Notes under the pieces: model-generated
Databases searched by the model: none
What the model saw: the letters and a program-made list of their open reading frames with translations, nothing else
Told to the model about the DNA's origin: nothing
Shown: positions 9,561-18,853 of the stretch, in pieces
How positions within the stretch are numbered: position 1 is the stretch's first letter
Layout of the letters: the number at the start of each line of letters is the position of its first letter
Assembly: GCA_964357615.1 (NCBI GenBank)
Contig: CAYHMC010000010.1
Coordinates: 1 to 44,453 of the forward strand
From: an uncultured Candidatus Saccharibacteria bacterium
GTDB lineage: Bacteria; Patescibacteriota; Minisyncoccia; UBA6257; JACOXY01
DNA length: 44,453 nt
Direction of reading: 5' to 3'
Translations under genes and position numbers: made by a program

Positions 9561-10238
9561 ATGAATATCGCAGTTATTATTTATGGACCTCCAGGGTCAG
9601 GAAAGGGGACGCAGGCCAATTTGCTTTCGCGTTTTTTTAATTTAATTCACTTTGATACGGGTAAATATTTGGAATCGGTTGTTCACGACCCTAAAAATTT
9701 AAATAATCCTAAAATACAAAAAGAGCGCGCGCTTTTTGACTCTGGAATATTACTTACGCCAAAATTCGCGCTTGATGTTGTAAATGCTAAGGTTACAAAA
9801 TTGGCAAAATCTGAATTTGGAGTTGTGTTTAGCGGTTCGCCTAGAACCTTGTTTGAAGCTAAGGGTTTTATGCCAACACTAGAGCGAATATATGGCAAAA
9901 AAAATATTATACCAATTGTTCTTAGCATTAAAGATAGTACAGCTATAAAAAGAAACAGCGCGAGAATGGTTTGCAGTTTGTGTGGTAGTACCATAATTAA
10001 AACTTTGCTTTCAAATAAATATAATCATAAAATGTGTCCTGTTTGTGGTGCTGATTTATATAAGAGAACGCTTGATAACCCAAAGGTTATTAAAGTAAGA
10101 CTTAAGGAATATCGAGAACGAACTAAACCAATTTTTTCTTTTTTAAAAAAGCGCGGTTATCAATTATGTGAAATAAATGGAGAAGCAAAGCCAGAAGACG
10201 TTTTTGAGCTACTTAAAAGTAAAATTATCGAAATGTGA
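9561..10238 (+). CDS. adk: Adenylate kinase with a Cys4 zinc LID
   Basis: GPPGSGKGTQ P-loop, CSLCG ... CPVCG lid. The ATG at 9561 is chosen rather than the ORF-track start at 9525, which would run into the repeat element. Confidence 0.9.
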   Translation: MNIAVIIYGPPGSGKGTQANLLSRFFNLIHFDTGKYLESVVHDPKNLNNPKIQKERALFDSGILLTPKFALDVVNAKVTKLAKSEFGVVFSGSPRTLFEAKGFMPTLERIYGKKNIIPIVLSIKDSTAIKRNSARMVCSLCGSTIIKTLLSNKYNHKMCPVCGADLYKRTLDNPKVIKVRLKEYRERTKPIFSFLKKRGYQLCEINGEAKPEDVFELLKSKIIEM

Positions 10239-10317
10239 TTCTTCACACAATAATTTTCGTTGCTAGATTTTGAAATTTTAGCAGAATAGTTATTGTGTAA
10301 AGGGTCGCTAAATCCAA

Positions 10318-11079
10318 ATGATTGAGCGTAAAAATGAGGAAGCTATTCGTTTAATGCGGGAGGGCGGTGCAATTCTAGCAAATATAATTCATGAGGTGGG
10401 ACAAAATGCGCGAGAGGGAATTTCACTTTTACAGCTGGATCGTCTTGCCCATCAGTTAATTTTAAAAGCCGGAGCAAAACCTGCCTTTTTGGGTTATAGG
10501 CCAGAAGGCGCTACTAAACCATATCCAGCCACAATATGTGCATCAGTAAATGCCGTTATAGTTCATGGAGTACCAACAAAGTATAAGTTACAGCCTGGGG
10601 ATTTATTGAAATTAGATTTTGGTCTATATCATAAGGGTTGGTGTGTAGATTCCGCAATAACTGTTGCGATTCCTCCAGTTTCAGATTTATCCGCAAAGCT
10701 TATAAAAGTTACTAAGGAGGCATTAGAGCATGGTATTAGAGCCATGCAACCAGGTAATCGACTTGGAGACATCGGTTATGCCATTGAGAAGCATGTTAAA
10801 AGCAACGGATTTAATATTGCGCGTGGACTTACTGGCCATGGAATTGGCAAGCGACTTCACGAAGACCCATCAGTTTTTAATACTGGAAAACGCGGTAGAG
10901 GTGAAACTTTAGAGCCGGGAATAGTTTTGGCATTAGAACCAATGGTAACCGAAAAAACTGACCAAATAAAACAACTAGAAGACGAAAGTTATGTAACAGC
11001 AGATGGTAAATTATCTGCCCATTTTGAGCACACTGTTGCACTTACTAAAAATGGCCCTCAAATTTTAACAATTTTATAA
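10318..11079 (+). CDS. map: Methionine aminopeptidase type I
   Basis: Pita-bread fold and metal-ligand pattern (VHGVP ... D ... D ... HGIG ... E ... E). Confidence 0.9.
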   Translation: MIERKNEEAIRLMREGGAILANIIHEVGQNAREGISLLQLDRLAHQLILKAGAKPAFLGYRPEGATKPYPATICASVNAVIVHGVPTKYKLQPGDLLKLDFGLYHKGWCVDSAITVAIPPVSDLSAKLIKVTKEALEHGIRAMQPGNRLGDIGYAIEKHVKSNGFNIARGLTGHGIGKRLHEDPSVFNTGKRGRGETLEPGIVLALEPMVTEKTDQIKQLEDESYVTADGKLSAHFEHTVALTKNGPQILTIL

Positions 11080-11092
11080 ATTTGTGTTATAG

Positions 11093-11821
11093 TTGATTCA
11101 TATGGCAAAGCCATACCTTTCAATTATTGTGCCCGTAGCAGAAAATACAGAACTTGATTCGATGTTAAGTACGATGAAGGCTGATTTTTTATTAAAGGAA
11201 GCCATGTTTGATTATGAGCTTTTGATTGTTACGCCTGAGTTAAATTCCACTTATGATTCTATGTTAAAATTTTCTTCTGTTTTGCATAATGCTAAATGCA
11301 TTAAAGCTCCAGAGGGTGATATAAAAGGATTATTGCACTTCGGATTAATGCACGCCACAGGAATGCTTCGAGCTTTTGCTTTTAAAAATGATTTTCGATT
11401 TTTGAAACATTTTTCAGATTTTATCCCACTATTTAAAGAGAATGAAGTTGTCGTTGGTCCAAAATTTAATTTATTAGGAGCAAACGCAATTCCCCAGTTC
11501 ATCTCAGCCGTAGTCCATTCCCCGTATCAATTTCAAATTCTTAACGAAGAAGTTATTTCTGTGCTTAACTCTAGTCTTCGTAGTAAAGATTGGGAATTTT
11601 TTACAGAAGCACATATGAGACTGTCGCTTGCTGGTAAAAAAATAGAGTCAGTTAATGTGGCGTCACTTCCAATACAATATCAATTCTTCGACTTGCAACT
11701 TTGGAAGGAAGCATTTACAATTCGTATACATTATTTACTCATATTAATTCGAAATGTGTCATGGTTTTTAAATAGAAAAATTATGAGTGTTTATGATGCA
11801 ATAATTTCTAAATATTATTAA
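11093..11821 (+). CDS. Hypothetical protein, weakly GT2-like at the N-terminus (LSIIVPV ... YELLIVT)
   Basis: Long ORF in operon orientation; no secure family call. Confidence 0.45.
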   Translation: MIHMAKPYLSIIVPVAENTELDSMLSTMKADFLLKEAMFDYELLIVTPELNSTYDSMLKFSSVLHNAKCIKAPEGDIKGLLHFGLMHATGMLRAFAFKNDFRFLKHFSDFIPLFKENEVVVGPKFNLLGANAIPQFISAVVHSPYQFQILNEEVISVLNSSLRSKDWEFFTEAHMRLSLAGKKIESVNVASLPIQYQFFDLQLWKEAFTIRIHYLLILIRNVSWFLNRKIMSVYDAIISKYY

Positions 11822-11934
11822 ATTTTAATTTTAAATACTTTATTGGCAATATATAACATCACTAAAAGTTTTAAAAATTACAAAATAAACTTTAGTATTC
11901 TTATTAAATTGCTTATATAAAAATAATTATAAAT

Positions 11935-12393
11935 ATGAATCAGGCATACTTAACAAAAGAACGCCATGCTGAATTGCAGGCAGAATTTAAAAATTTAAAA
12001 ACAGAAGGAAGAAAGGCGGTTGCTGAAAGACTTAAAAAAGCAAAAGAATATGGTGATCTTTCTGAAAACTCTGAATATGCTGAAGCCAAAGAAGAACAAG
12101 ATCGTCTTGAGCGAAGAATATTTGAATTAGAGGATATGCTTAAAAATGCATCAATTATTGAGAAACCGGTTGGAAAAGATGAAGTATTTGTTGGCGCAAC
12201 AATTAAAGTAATGAAGGGCGGTGTAGAAATTTCTTATCAAATCGTGGGCTCAAATGAAACTAAGCCTGAAGGGGGCAAAATATCAAACGAATCACCACTA
12301 GGCATGGCTTTTCTTGGTAAAAAAATTGGAGATGTCGTTAAAGTAAAAACTCCGATAGGCGAAGTTGAATATAAGATTACTGCAATTGAATAG
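11935..12393 (+). CDS. greA: Transcription elongation factor GreA
   Basis: N-terminal coiled coil (YGDLSENSEYAEAKEEQ) and C-terminal FKBP-like domain. Confidence 0.85.
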   Translation: MNQAYLTKERHAELQAEFKNLKTEGRKAVAERLKKAKEYGDLSENSEYAEAKEEQDRLERRIFELEDMLKNASIIEKPVGKDEVFVGATIKVMKGGVEISYQIVGSNETKPEGGKISNESPLGMAFLGKKIGDVVKVKTPIGEVEYKITAIE

Positions 12394-12439
12394 CACTGAA
12401 TTTTTTCGATAAATTAAATCTTAATAAGATAAAATGGAT

Positions 12440-12555
12440 CCCGTTAGAAATTACGGACGCAATAAAAAATTATGGTGAGCATAAAAAATTTATTATTATA
12501 TTTAGCACAGTAGTGCGTATAGCGCTTTTCGCGTTTGCGCCCTATTTTTAACGGG
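12440..12555 (+). mobile_element. MITE-like element, copy C. TIRs are CCCGTTAGAAAT / ATTTTTAACGGG, flanked by perfect direct repeats ATGGAT; the 3' repeat is the start codon of the next gene.
   Basis: Collinear with copy A through its interior (…CGGACGCAATAAAAAATTATG … CGCTTTTCGCGTTTGCGCCCTATTTTTAACGGG). Confidence 0.45.
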
Positions 12556-13122
12556 ATGGATACACTAGAGCCAGGAAGATATTATCAGTTAGGGTCAAAA
12601 ACTTTTTGGCTAATATTGCTAGAGCGAACATTGCCAGCTTTTGTTCTTATGATTTTATCTTTTGGAATTTTATTATTTCCAGAGGGCGAGATATTTGCTG
12701 GTTATCTTCAAATTGCAGGTTCTTTTGCGATATATGTATTTTTATTGGCTATTTTAATATTGCTTGCTTCAATTGCAATAGCTTTTCTTGAGTATAAAAC
12801 ATCTCGAGTTATGATGGACAATCACACATTTCATATTGTTAGGGGAATTTTAAGTAAACATGAAATTTCGATTCCTTACCGTAGAGTCCAAAGCGTCGAA
12901 ATTAAACAATCTTTTTTATTTCGCATTTTAGGATTAGCTCGAATTGTAATATCAACAACTACTGATTTTGATCAAGTCACTCATGTTGTAAATGATGAGT
13001 TTAATGATGAAGTTATAAGAACCTTAGATTATACTCTCGCAAGCTTAATAGAAAAAACATTAACAAGTAGAGCTGAAGTTGAGCGCATAGAAATTAAAAA
13101 AGCATTAGGTGAAAAAGTGTAA
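12556..13122 (+). CDS. Membrane protein with a bacterial PH domain (bPH_2/DUF304, YdbT-like)
   Basis: Two N-terminal TM helices, then HTFHIVRGILSKHEISIPYRRVQSVEIKQSFLFRILGLARIV, typical of bPH_2. Start taken at the ATG at 12556. Confidence 0.55.
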   Translation: MDTLEPGRYYQLGSKTFWLILLERTLPAFVLMILSFGILLFPEGEIFAGYLQIAGSFAIYVFLLAILILLASIAIAFLEYKTSRVMMDNHTFHIVRGILSKHEISIPYRRVQSVEIKQSFLFRILGLARIVISTTTDFDQVTHVVNDEFNDEVIRTLDYTLASLIEKTLTSRAEVERIEIKKALGEKV

Positions 13123-13146
13123 TAATATAATTTTGATTTATAAAAA

Positions 13147-14598
13147 ATGCTAGATAATATAATAAACGATAGATTAAAAAAATTAAAAGAACTACGCGAT
13201 AATGGAGTTAACCCTTATCCCGCCAGAGTTAAGCGTACTATAACTGCTAAAGCAGTGGTTTTAGATTTTAGTAAACTTTCAAAATCAAAAAAGAAAGTGT
13301 TTTTAGTTGGCAGAATACTGGCGTTTAGAGATCAAGGAAATCTTATTTTTTGTGATTTATTGGATGAATCAGGTAAAATTCAGTGTATTTTAAAAAAGGA
13401 TACGCTAAAAAACTATACTTTACTAAAAAAAGGTTTGGATATAGGGGATTTTATTCAGGTTGGCGGTGTAGCATTTTTAACAAAAAAGGGAGAGAAAAGC
13501 ATCGAAGCAAGAGAGGCAGGTATTATCGCTAAATCACTTTTGCCACTTCCTTCCGAGTGGTATGGAGTTAAAGATATTGAAACAAGGCTTAGAAAGCGAT
13601 ATTTAGATATTCTTTTAAATCCAGATGCAAAAAATATATTTATTAGTAAAGCAAAATTTTGGAATACATTTCGTAGAAGACTAAATGAGACAGGATACTT
13701 AGAGGTTGAGACTCCAGTATTAGAAAGTATTCCTGGAGGAGCGGAAGCGGAGCCATTTAAAACACATCACAATGCGTTAGACGAAGATTATTATCTTAGA
13801 ATCTCATTAGAACTTCCCCTTAAGAAACTCCTAGTTGCTGGTTATGATAAGGTTTTTGAAATTGGAAGAATATTTAGAAATGAAGGAATAGACAAAGAGC
13901 ATCTTCAAGATTATACACAGCTAGAATTTTATTCTGCTTACGAAGATTATAATGACTTAATGAAATTCGTTGAAAAATTATACAAGGAAGTAATAAAAAA
14001 TACTTTAGGTAAACTTAAATCTAATTATGAGGGAAATGTTATTAATTGGGGTTCAAAGTGGATGAAGGTTGACTATGTTAGTGAATTTAAAAAAGCAAAT
14101 AAAATTGATCCATCTAATACCACAAAAGAAGAGTTAATAAATCGCGCTAAAGAATTAAAAATTGAATTCGATAATCAAATTGGAGTCGGGCGACTGATAG
14201 ATTTGATTTTTAAAAAAACCGTAAGGTCAAAACTCATTCAACCGTGTTTTTTAATAAATCCACCTGTTGAAATTGAGCCACTCGCAAAGAGAGCAGAGAA
14301 TAATTCTAAAGTTGTAGAAAGAATGCAGGTTATAGCTGGTGGCACAGAGCTTGGAAAAGGATTTTCAGAGTTAAATGACCCAGCTGATCAAAGACAAAGA
14401 TTTGAAGATCAAATGAAACTAAGAGAGAGTGGAGATAAAGAAGCACAGATGCTTGATAATGATTATCTGGAGGCAATGGAATATGGAATGCCACCATCTG
14501 CTGGGTTTGGTGTCTCCGAAAGGCTTTTTGCCGTAATAATGGATTTGCCAGTACGCGAGACAGTCATTTTCCCATTAATGAGAAAAAAAGAGAATTAA
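13147..14598 (+). CDS. lysS: Lysyl-tRNA synthetase, class II
   Basis: OB anticodon-binding domain plus class II motifs 1-3 (FRNEGID ... GGTELGKGFSELNDP ... GMPPSAGFGVSERL). Confidence 0.95.
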   Translation: MLDNIINDRLKKLKELRDNGVNPYPARVKRTITAKAVVLDFSKLSKSKKKVFLVGRILAFRDQGNLIFCDLLDESGKIQCILKKDTLKNYTLLKKGLDIGDFIQVGGVAFLTKKGEKSIEAREAGIIAKSLLPLPSEWYGVKDIETRLRKRYLDILLNPDAKNIFISKAKFWNTFRRRLNETGYLEVETPVLESIPGGAEAEPFKTHHNALDEDYYLRISLELPLKKLLVAGYDKVFEIGRIFRNEGIDKEHLQDYTQLEFYSAYEDYNDLMKFVEKLYKEVIKNTLGKLKSNYEGNVINWGSKWMKVDYVSEFKKANKIDPSNTTKEELINRAKELKIEFDNQIGVGRLIDLIFKKTVRSKLIQPCFLINPPVEIEPLAKRAENNSKVVERMQVIAGGTELGKGFSELNDPADQRQRFEDQMKLRESGDKEAQMLDNDYLEAMEYGMPPSAGFGVSERLFAVIMDLPVRETVIFPLMRKKEN

Positions 14599-14668
14599 AT
14601 TATTATTGACTATAGCATAATTTTTTGTTAACTTTACCCCAGTCTTTTGAATGGCATGAGGTAGAACA

Positions 14669-15001
14669 TTGATTGTTATCCATTCAATCGTATTTCTTAT
14701 TATATTGCTAATCCCGTCATCTTTGCTTTCGGTTGCAATATATTTTCTTGCAAGACACCACAAAAACGCTGTTCCAGAATATCTAAATACATGGTTTGTT
14801 ATTAGGATTACTGCAATACTTTTTGTCGCTGATTATTTCGCACTAGACGCATTTGAGCCTGGTCCGTCATTACTATGGGGTTTCATTGTTGCAACATTCA
14901 CCAGCTTAATAACACCTTTTCTTGCTAATCGCTTTCCGTATGAAATAGAGGATAAAAATGATAAAAACGATAGACCAAATTTTAGAATCCGCCCAGCTTG
15001 A
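14669..15001 (+). CDS. Hypothetical small membrane protein (3 TM), TTG start
   Basis: Hydrophobic ORF; GAGGT lies 5 nt upstream of TTG, and a terminator follows. Confidence 0.35.
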   Translation: MIVIHSIVFLIILLIPSSLLSVAIYFLARHHKNAVPEYLNTWFVIRITAILFVADYFALDAFEPGPSLLWGFIVATFTSLITPFLANRFPYEIEDKNDKNDRPNFRIRPA

Positions 15002-15012
15002 GGCGGTTTTTT
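14989..15012 (+). terminator. Rho-independent terminator (CCGCC ... GGCGG then a T-run)
   Basis: Hairpin plus TTTTTT seen in the sequence. Confidence 0.45.
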
Positions 15013-15059
15013 ATAATATAAAAAATAGTAAATAAATTGACTTTTGAGTGGAATATTGA

Positions 15060-15181
15060 TAATATGTACACACGGTCCAAAGAAAGTAGGCAGTGAAATT
15101 ATTCACAGAAGACCTATCGAGGATAATAATTCTTTGCGACCCCGAAAGGTCGTTTTTAGTTAGATAAAATCTTTCTAGATT
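15060..15181 (+). promoter_or_regulatory. Putative L10 (rplJ) autoregulatory leader
   Basis: Structured 5' UTR directly upstream of rplJ with hairpin GCGACCCCGAAAGGTCGT. Assigned by position, in line with the known L10 leader. Confidence 0.3.
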
Positions 15182-15685
15182 ATGTTAACAAAACAACAAA
15201 AAATAGAAAAAGTTGAAGGTGGAGTAAAAGATGTTAAAGCATCAAAAACAATACTTTTTGGTGATTTTAGTAGAGTAAAAGTTTCAGAAATTAGCGTACT
15301 TCGAAGTGAGCTTAGAAAAATTGGAGCAAAATTTCAAGTTATTAAAAAACGCTTACTTAGAATAGTTTTTGAAAAATCTGGAATCGATTTCAATCCTGAG
15401 CAATTTGATTCTCAAGTTGGTACAATTTTTTCTGATAAAGAAATCCACGAAGCAGCCCAAATTATGTTTAAGTTCTCTAAGGGAACTGTAGGCGAGGATA
15501 AAAAAGAGCGCTTTCAGATTTTAGGAGGTTTAAATGTATCAGAGAAAAAATTTCTTGATGGAGCATTTGTAAAAGCAGTAGGCTCTCTACCATCTCTCGA
15601 TGTATTACGCGGACAGCTTTTGGGAACACTTGTTGGTCCGGCAAAATCTTTTCTCTATATATTAAGTGAAAAGTCGAAAAAGTAA
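15182..15685 (+). CDS. rplJ: 50S ribosomal protein L10
   Basis: uL10-like sequence followed by rplL. Confidence 0.9.
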   Translation: MLTKQQKIEKVEGGVKDVKASKTILFGDFSRVKVSEISVLRSELRKIGAKFQVIKKRLLRIVFEKSGIDFNPEQFDSQVGTIFSDKEIHEAAQIMFKFSKGTVGEDKKERFQILGGLNVSEKKFLDGAFVKAVGSLPSLDVLRGQLLGTLVGPAKSFLYILSEKSKK

Positions 15686-15705
15686 TTAAAAAATAAAATA
15701 AATTT

Positions 15706-16068
15706 ATGGAAAAATATCAAAATCTTATAACTGAATTAGAAAAATTAAATGTAGTAGAAGTTGCTGAGCTCGTAAAAGCTCTTGAGGAAAAATGGGGAAT
15801 ACAAGCAGCAGCTCCAATGGCAGCAGGCGCAGGTGCTGGTGCGGTAGTTGAAGAAAAAGATGAATTTACAGTTGTCTTAAAATCAGCTGGAGTAAACAAA
15901 ATCAATGTTATTAAAGCAGTTCGCGAAGCGACTGCCCTTGGTCTTAAAGAAGCCAAAGATTTAGTTGATGGTGCTCCAAAATCAATTAAAGAAGGCCTAA
16001 AGAAAGCAGATGCTGAAGAACTAAAGAAGAAGTTAGAGGATGCTGGCGCAGTTGCAGAATTGGCATAA
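15706..16068 (+). CDS. rplL: 50S ribosomal protein L7/L12
   Basis: Ala-rich hinge ([17 protein letters not shown]) and conserved C-terminal domain ([27 protein letters not shown]). Confidence 0.95.
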   Translation: MEKYQNLITELEKLNVVEVAELVKALEEKWGIQAAAPMAAGAGAGAVVEEKDEFTVVLKSAGVNKINVIKAVREATALGLKEAKDLVDGAPKSIKEGLKKADAEELKKKLEDAGAVAELA

Positions 16069-16094
16069 CATCCAATCATTCAAAGATTAAAAAT

Positions 16095-16130
16095 ATCCCA
16101 ATTAAACTTGGGATATTTTTATATATTAAA
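16095..16130. terminator. Bidirectional hairpin terminator between rplL and the convergent deaminase gene
   Basis: ATATCCCAA ... TTGGGATAT flanked by A/T runs. Confidence 0.45.
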
Positions 16131-16140
16131 AAACGGAGTA

Positions 16141-16638
16141 TTACTCCGCAAGGCACAATTTTACAAGAGGATTATTTCTGTCCTTCCAGAATTTTTGTTT
16201 TGTGCCGAGAAAAAATTCTCTAAAGACACTACGAGCTTCTTCTCGCAATATCCCTTTGATTATTTTTGGATGTTCGCCACGATGTCTCTGTGGTAATAAC
16301 TCGTGTGGCAAATAACTAATACCACCAAATGAATCTTCTACTGAATATACTATAGTTCCTATTCTGCAATTAAGGAGAGTTCCAAAACACATAATACATG
16401 GCTCGAGTGTCGTATAAATCGTCATTTCATCTGCCCACTTGTGACTCAATATGTCCATGCAATGCCTAAGGACTTTAATCTCAGAATGATCAAGGCGGGG
16501 ATTATCCTTGCTAGTTTTGTGGCTAATACTTATAATTTCATTATTCCAAACCATTACTGCTCCAACCGGCAGTTCATCCTCTGTAATCGACAATCTGGAT
16601 TCCTCTATGGCATATCGCATAAATTTTTCGTGGCTCAT
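16141..16638 (-). CDS. CMP/dCMP-type zinc deaminase, tRNA adenosine deaminase (TadA)-like
   Basis: H(S)E ... PCxxC zinc motif (DHSEIKVLRHC ... LEPCIMCFG). Confidence 0.7.
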   Translation of the reverse strand: MSHEKFMRYAIEESRLSITEDELPVGAVMVWNNEIISISHKTSKDNPRLDHSEIKVLRHCMDILSHKWADEMTIYTTLEPCIMCFGTLLNCRIGTIVYSVEDSFGGISYLPHELLPQRHRGEHPKIIKGILREEARSVFREFFLGTKQKFWKDRNNPLVKLCLAE

Positions 16639-16728
16639 TTTCGCCTTCCTATTTTGTTGCTATTTTTAACTTAACAAAGGTGATGTGAAATTGCAATAAA
16701 AATAGTTCTATTCTATATTATTCATATT

Positions 16729-16800
16729 GCGCGCATAGCTCAGGGGTAGAGCGTTCGATTCACATTCGAAAGGTCCCTGGTTCGAGACCAGGTGCGCGCA
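16729..16800 (+). tRNA. tRNA-Val (anticodon CAC)
   Basis: Cloverleaf folded by hand: acceptor GCGCGCA / TGCGCGC, D-arm GCTC / GAGC, anticodon stem TTCGA / TCGAA with loop TTCACAT, T-arm CCTGG-TTCGAGA-CCAGG. No encoded CCA. Confidence 0.85.
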
Positions 16801-16864
16801 CAAAATAAATATTATGTTTTGTAGCCATGATTGACATTTGTATGGTCTTATATAAAATAGAATT

Positions 16865-17035
16865 ATCTCCTTGAAAATAGAATATTATCAAGAGTGAGCC
16901 GAGGGTATTGGCCCTATGACGCTCCAGCAACCTGCCTTATGGTAAGGTGCTCCCAACCCGTTTGAAGCGGGGAAGATAGTATTCTGTTCGAAAAGAACTG
17001 CTTACAAAAACATCCGCTTCGAGTGGGTGTTTTTG
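16865..17035 (+). ncRNA. Candidate structured RNA or leader of unknown class, ending in an intrinsic terminator. It follows a TTGACA promoter at 16831.
   Basis: Several short hairpins (GAGGGTATTGGCCCT, CCCGTTTGAAGCGGG). The terminator is CATCCGCTTCGAGTGGGTG followed by TTTTTGTTT. Confidence 0.25.
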
Positions 17036-17059
17036 TTTAACCGAGAGGAAAAGGAAAGT

Positions 17060-17521
17060 ATGAGTGAAAAAGAAAAAATTGACCTTAGGTCGTTAAATCC
17101 ATCAGAATTTCCAATAGGTACTAGATTGCAAATAGCTCAGCTCTGCGAGTGCCTAATATGTGGATTCCAAACTTCGGATATAGAAATTGATAACAGGGGA
17201 AAGTGGGGTATGAAAAGGGATCCCTATATCTTTATTAAATGTGAGAATATTTTTAAAGAATGGCATAGTAAAATTATTGGAAGTATAGATTGGTTACATA
17301 ATCACCCACATCCAAAATCATACAAAGTATCAATGGCTAGAGAAATTAAAAAAATGCGAAAGAATTGTTTTCTGAAATACATAACTAAAATTGAACCCTC
17401 AGCTCCACCCAGTCGTATAATATATTTTGCGTCGTCTCTTCATATCTGTTCGTTATCCGACTTCGATATTTCCTTAGGTCCAATTTCAGTTGATCAGAAA
17501 AAATATTGGGTATTGGATTAA
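17060..17521 (+). CDS. Hypothetical protein (Cys/His-rich, CECLICGF ... HNHPHP)
   Basis: ATG at 17060 preceded by GGAAAGG; a terminator follows at 17554. Confidence 0.45.
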   Translation: MSEKEKIDLRSLNPSEFPIGTRLQIAQLCECLICGFQTSDIEIDNRGKWGMKRDPYIFIKCENIFKEWHSKIIGSIDWLHNHPHPKSYKVSMAREIKKMRKNCFLKYITKIEPSAPPSRIIYFASSLHICSLSDFDISLGPISVDQKKYWVLD

Positions 17522-17553
17522 AGCTAAATTCTAATCGATAACTAATGGCGCAT

Positions 17554-17590
17554 ATTAAACATTGCGCCTTATTTTTTTATTAGATACAAA
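17554..17590 (+). terminator. Rho-independent terminator (GGCGCA ... TGCGCC then TTATTTTTTT)
   Basis: Seen in the sequence. Confidence 0.5.
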
Positions 17591-17673
17591 AAATATTTAC
17601 CAAGTTTTGAATAGTAAAAAATAGACACACCTGCAGGACGCACAAAAATAAAAAAGCACCAATTTTATAGGTG

Positions 17674-17892
17674 CTAGTTAGGAAATAATTGCAACAAAAT
17701 ATAAGTAATCGTAATAATCGAAGGCAGGGCTATTGTAATGGCAAGTAGAATGCCCTGAATAATGTATTTGGTCTTCTTTGATACTCTTGGCGTACGCGGG
17801 CGCGATGCCGTTAGATCTTGATGTGGGATAAATATATCTTCGGAGCGAATTGGGCCTCCAGGACCTGCTTTTGTGACCATAATTAGTTCCAA
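17674..17892 (-). CDS. Small tail-anchored membrane protein, hypothetical
   Basis: C-terminal TM helix; a hairpin terminator for the minus strand lies at 17648..17672. Confidence 0.4.
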   Translation of the reverse strand: MELIMVTKAGPGGPIRSEDIFIPHQDLTASRPRTPRVSKKTKYIIQGILLAITIALPSIITITYILLQLFPN

Positions 17893-18004
17893 TCGTTAAT
17901 TCTAAGATTTACTGCCAATACTTTAAAATAAAAGCTCAATAAAAGCAAATTTAATTTTCAAAAAATTATCTTGCTAAAAATTGAATTTTATTGTAATGTA
18001 TAGA

Positions 18005-18076
18005 CGCGGGGAAGTGTAACGGTTGCACGCGGGGCTCATAATCCTGAGGTAGTAGGTTCAATTCCTACCCCCGCAA
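18005..18076 (+). tRNA. Initiator tRNA-fMet (anticodon CAT)
   Basis: Acceptor CGCGGGG / CCCCGCA with a C1·A72 mismatch, anticodon loop CTCATAA, T-arm GTAGG-TTCAATT-CCTAC. This is nearly the E. coli tRNA-fMet pattern. Confidence 0.85.
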
Positions 18077-18354
18077 CAAGTGAGCGAAGGCGAGCGGTAG
18101 TTGAGGAGCGGAGGCGACGAAATGTCAAAAATAGTAATTGTGGTATGCCCAGCGCCAGTAACCGAGAAAAGAGCGAGGAAATACTAAGTGTAGCAACACG
18201 CATGTGCAGGCGGCGGGTACCACACGACGGAACAACAAAAAGGACTCCAATGGGGTTCTTTTTGTGTTATATCTGAATGTGGAGGGGTAGGAATTGAACA
18301 CAAATAGGCCTGCCCGCTGGTAGGTAGGACATAGGAAGGTAATTCATCCTTAAA

Positions 18355-18383
18355 TTGACATTATGATATAAATATGCTATAAT
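18355..18383 (+). promoter_or_regulatory. Consensus sigma70 promoter TTGACA-N17-TATAAT driving GC-rich cassette 1
   Basis: Exact -35 and -10 hexamers with a 17-nt spacer. Confidence 0.5.
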
Positions 18384-18453
18384 TTATGAAGCAAATTGTA
18401 ATCCCCATAAGTCCTGACCGCAAGGAAGGCGGGGAGTAGGAAAGGCAAAACCG

Positions 18454-18828
18454 ATGAGTTTCAAACAAGAGTTTGGCATCAAGGGTTCGACCTTCGTGCT
18501 CTGGTGCGTCGTCGCTTCCGCGATGATTCTCGGGCTCGCGTGGGTTGGCCAGGGAAGCGACTTCTTCCTCTACAAGGTCTTCGCGCCGAAGTACGAGGCC
18601 GTGCGTCGCGATACCTTCGAGCAGTCGAAGGCGTACAACCAGGGCATGATCCAGGAGCTCCAGAACATGCAGTTCGAGCATGCGAAGGCGCATCCGGGGC
18701 AGAAGGATGCTCTTGCGTCCATCATCCTGCATCGGGCCGCCGACTACGACCTGAACGACCCGCGAGTTCCCGCTGAACTCCGGCAGTTCGTCCAGAGCCT
18801 CCGACAAGAACGATCGAGCGCTCGCTAA
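18454..18828 (+). CDS. GC-rich (~60%) hypothetical protein with one N-terminal TM helix
   Basis: Strong GC3 codon bias on the + strand; GGAAAGG lies upstream. The minus-strand ORFs here are high-GC shadows. Confidence 0.6.
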   Translation: MSFKQEFGIKGSTFVLWCVVASAMILGLAWVGQGSDFFLYKVFAPKYEAVRRDTFEQSKAYNQGMIQELQNMQFEHAKAHPGQKDALASIILHRAADYDLNDPRVPAELRQFVQSLRQERSSAR

Positions 18829-18853
18829 GAGCAAGAAAGAAGGAGACCAAGAG

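Noticed and set aside
15717-16079. 120-aa Ala/Ser-rich minus-strand ORF
   Set aside because: It is an antisense shadow of rplL, whose + strand product is a near-canonical L7/L12.
16861-17010. Possible SRP RNA, 6S RNA or third tRNA in the structured region after tRNA-Val
   Set aside because: No cloverleaf can be drawn. The GGUGCU-like stretch does not extend into an SRP helix-8 asymmetric loop. It is kept only as an unclassified structured RNA candidate.
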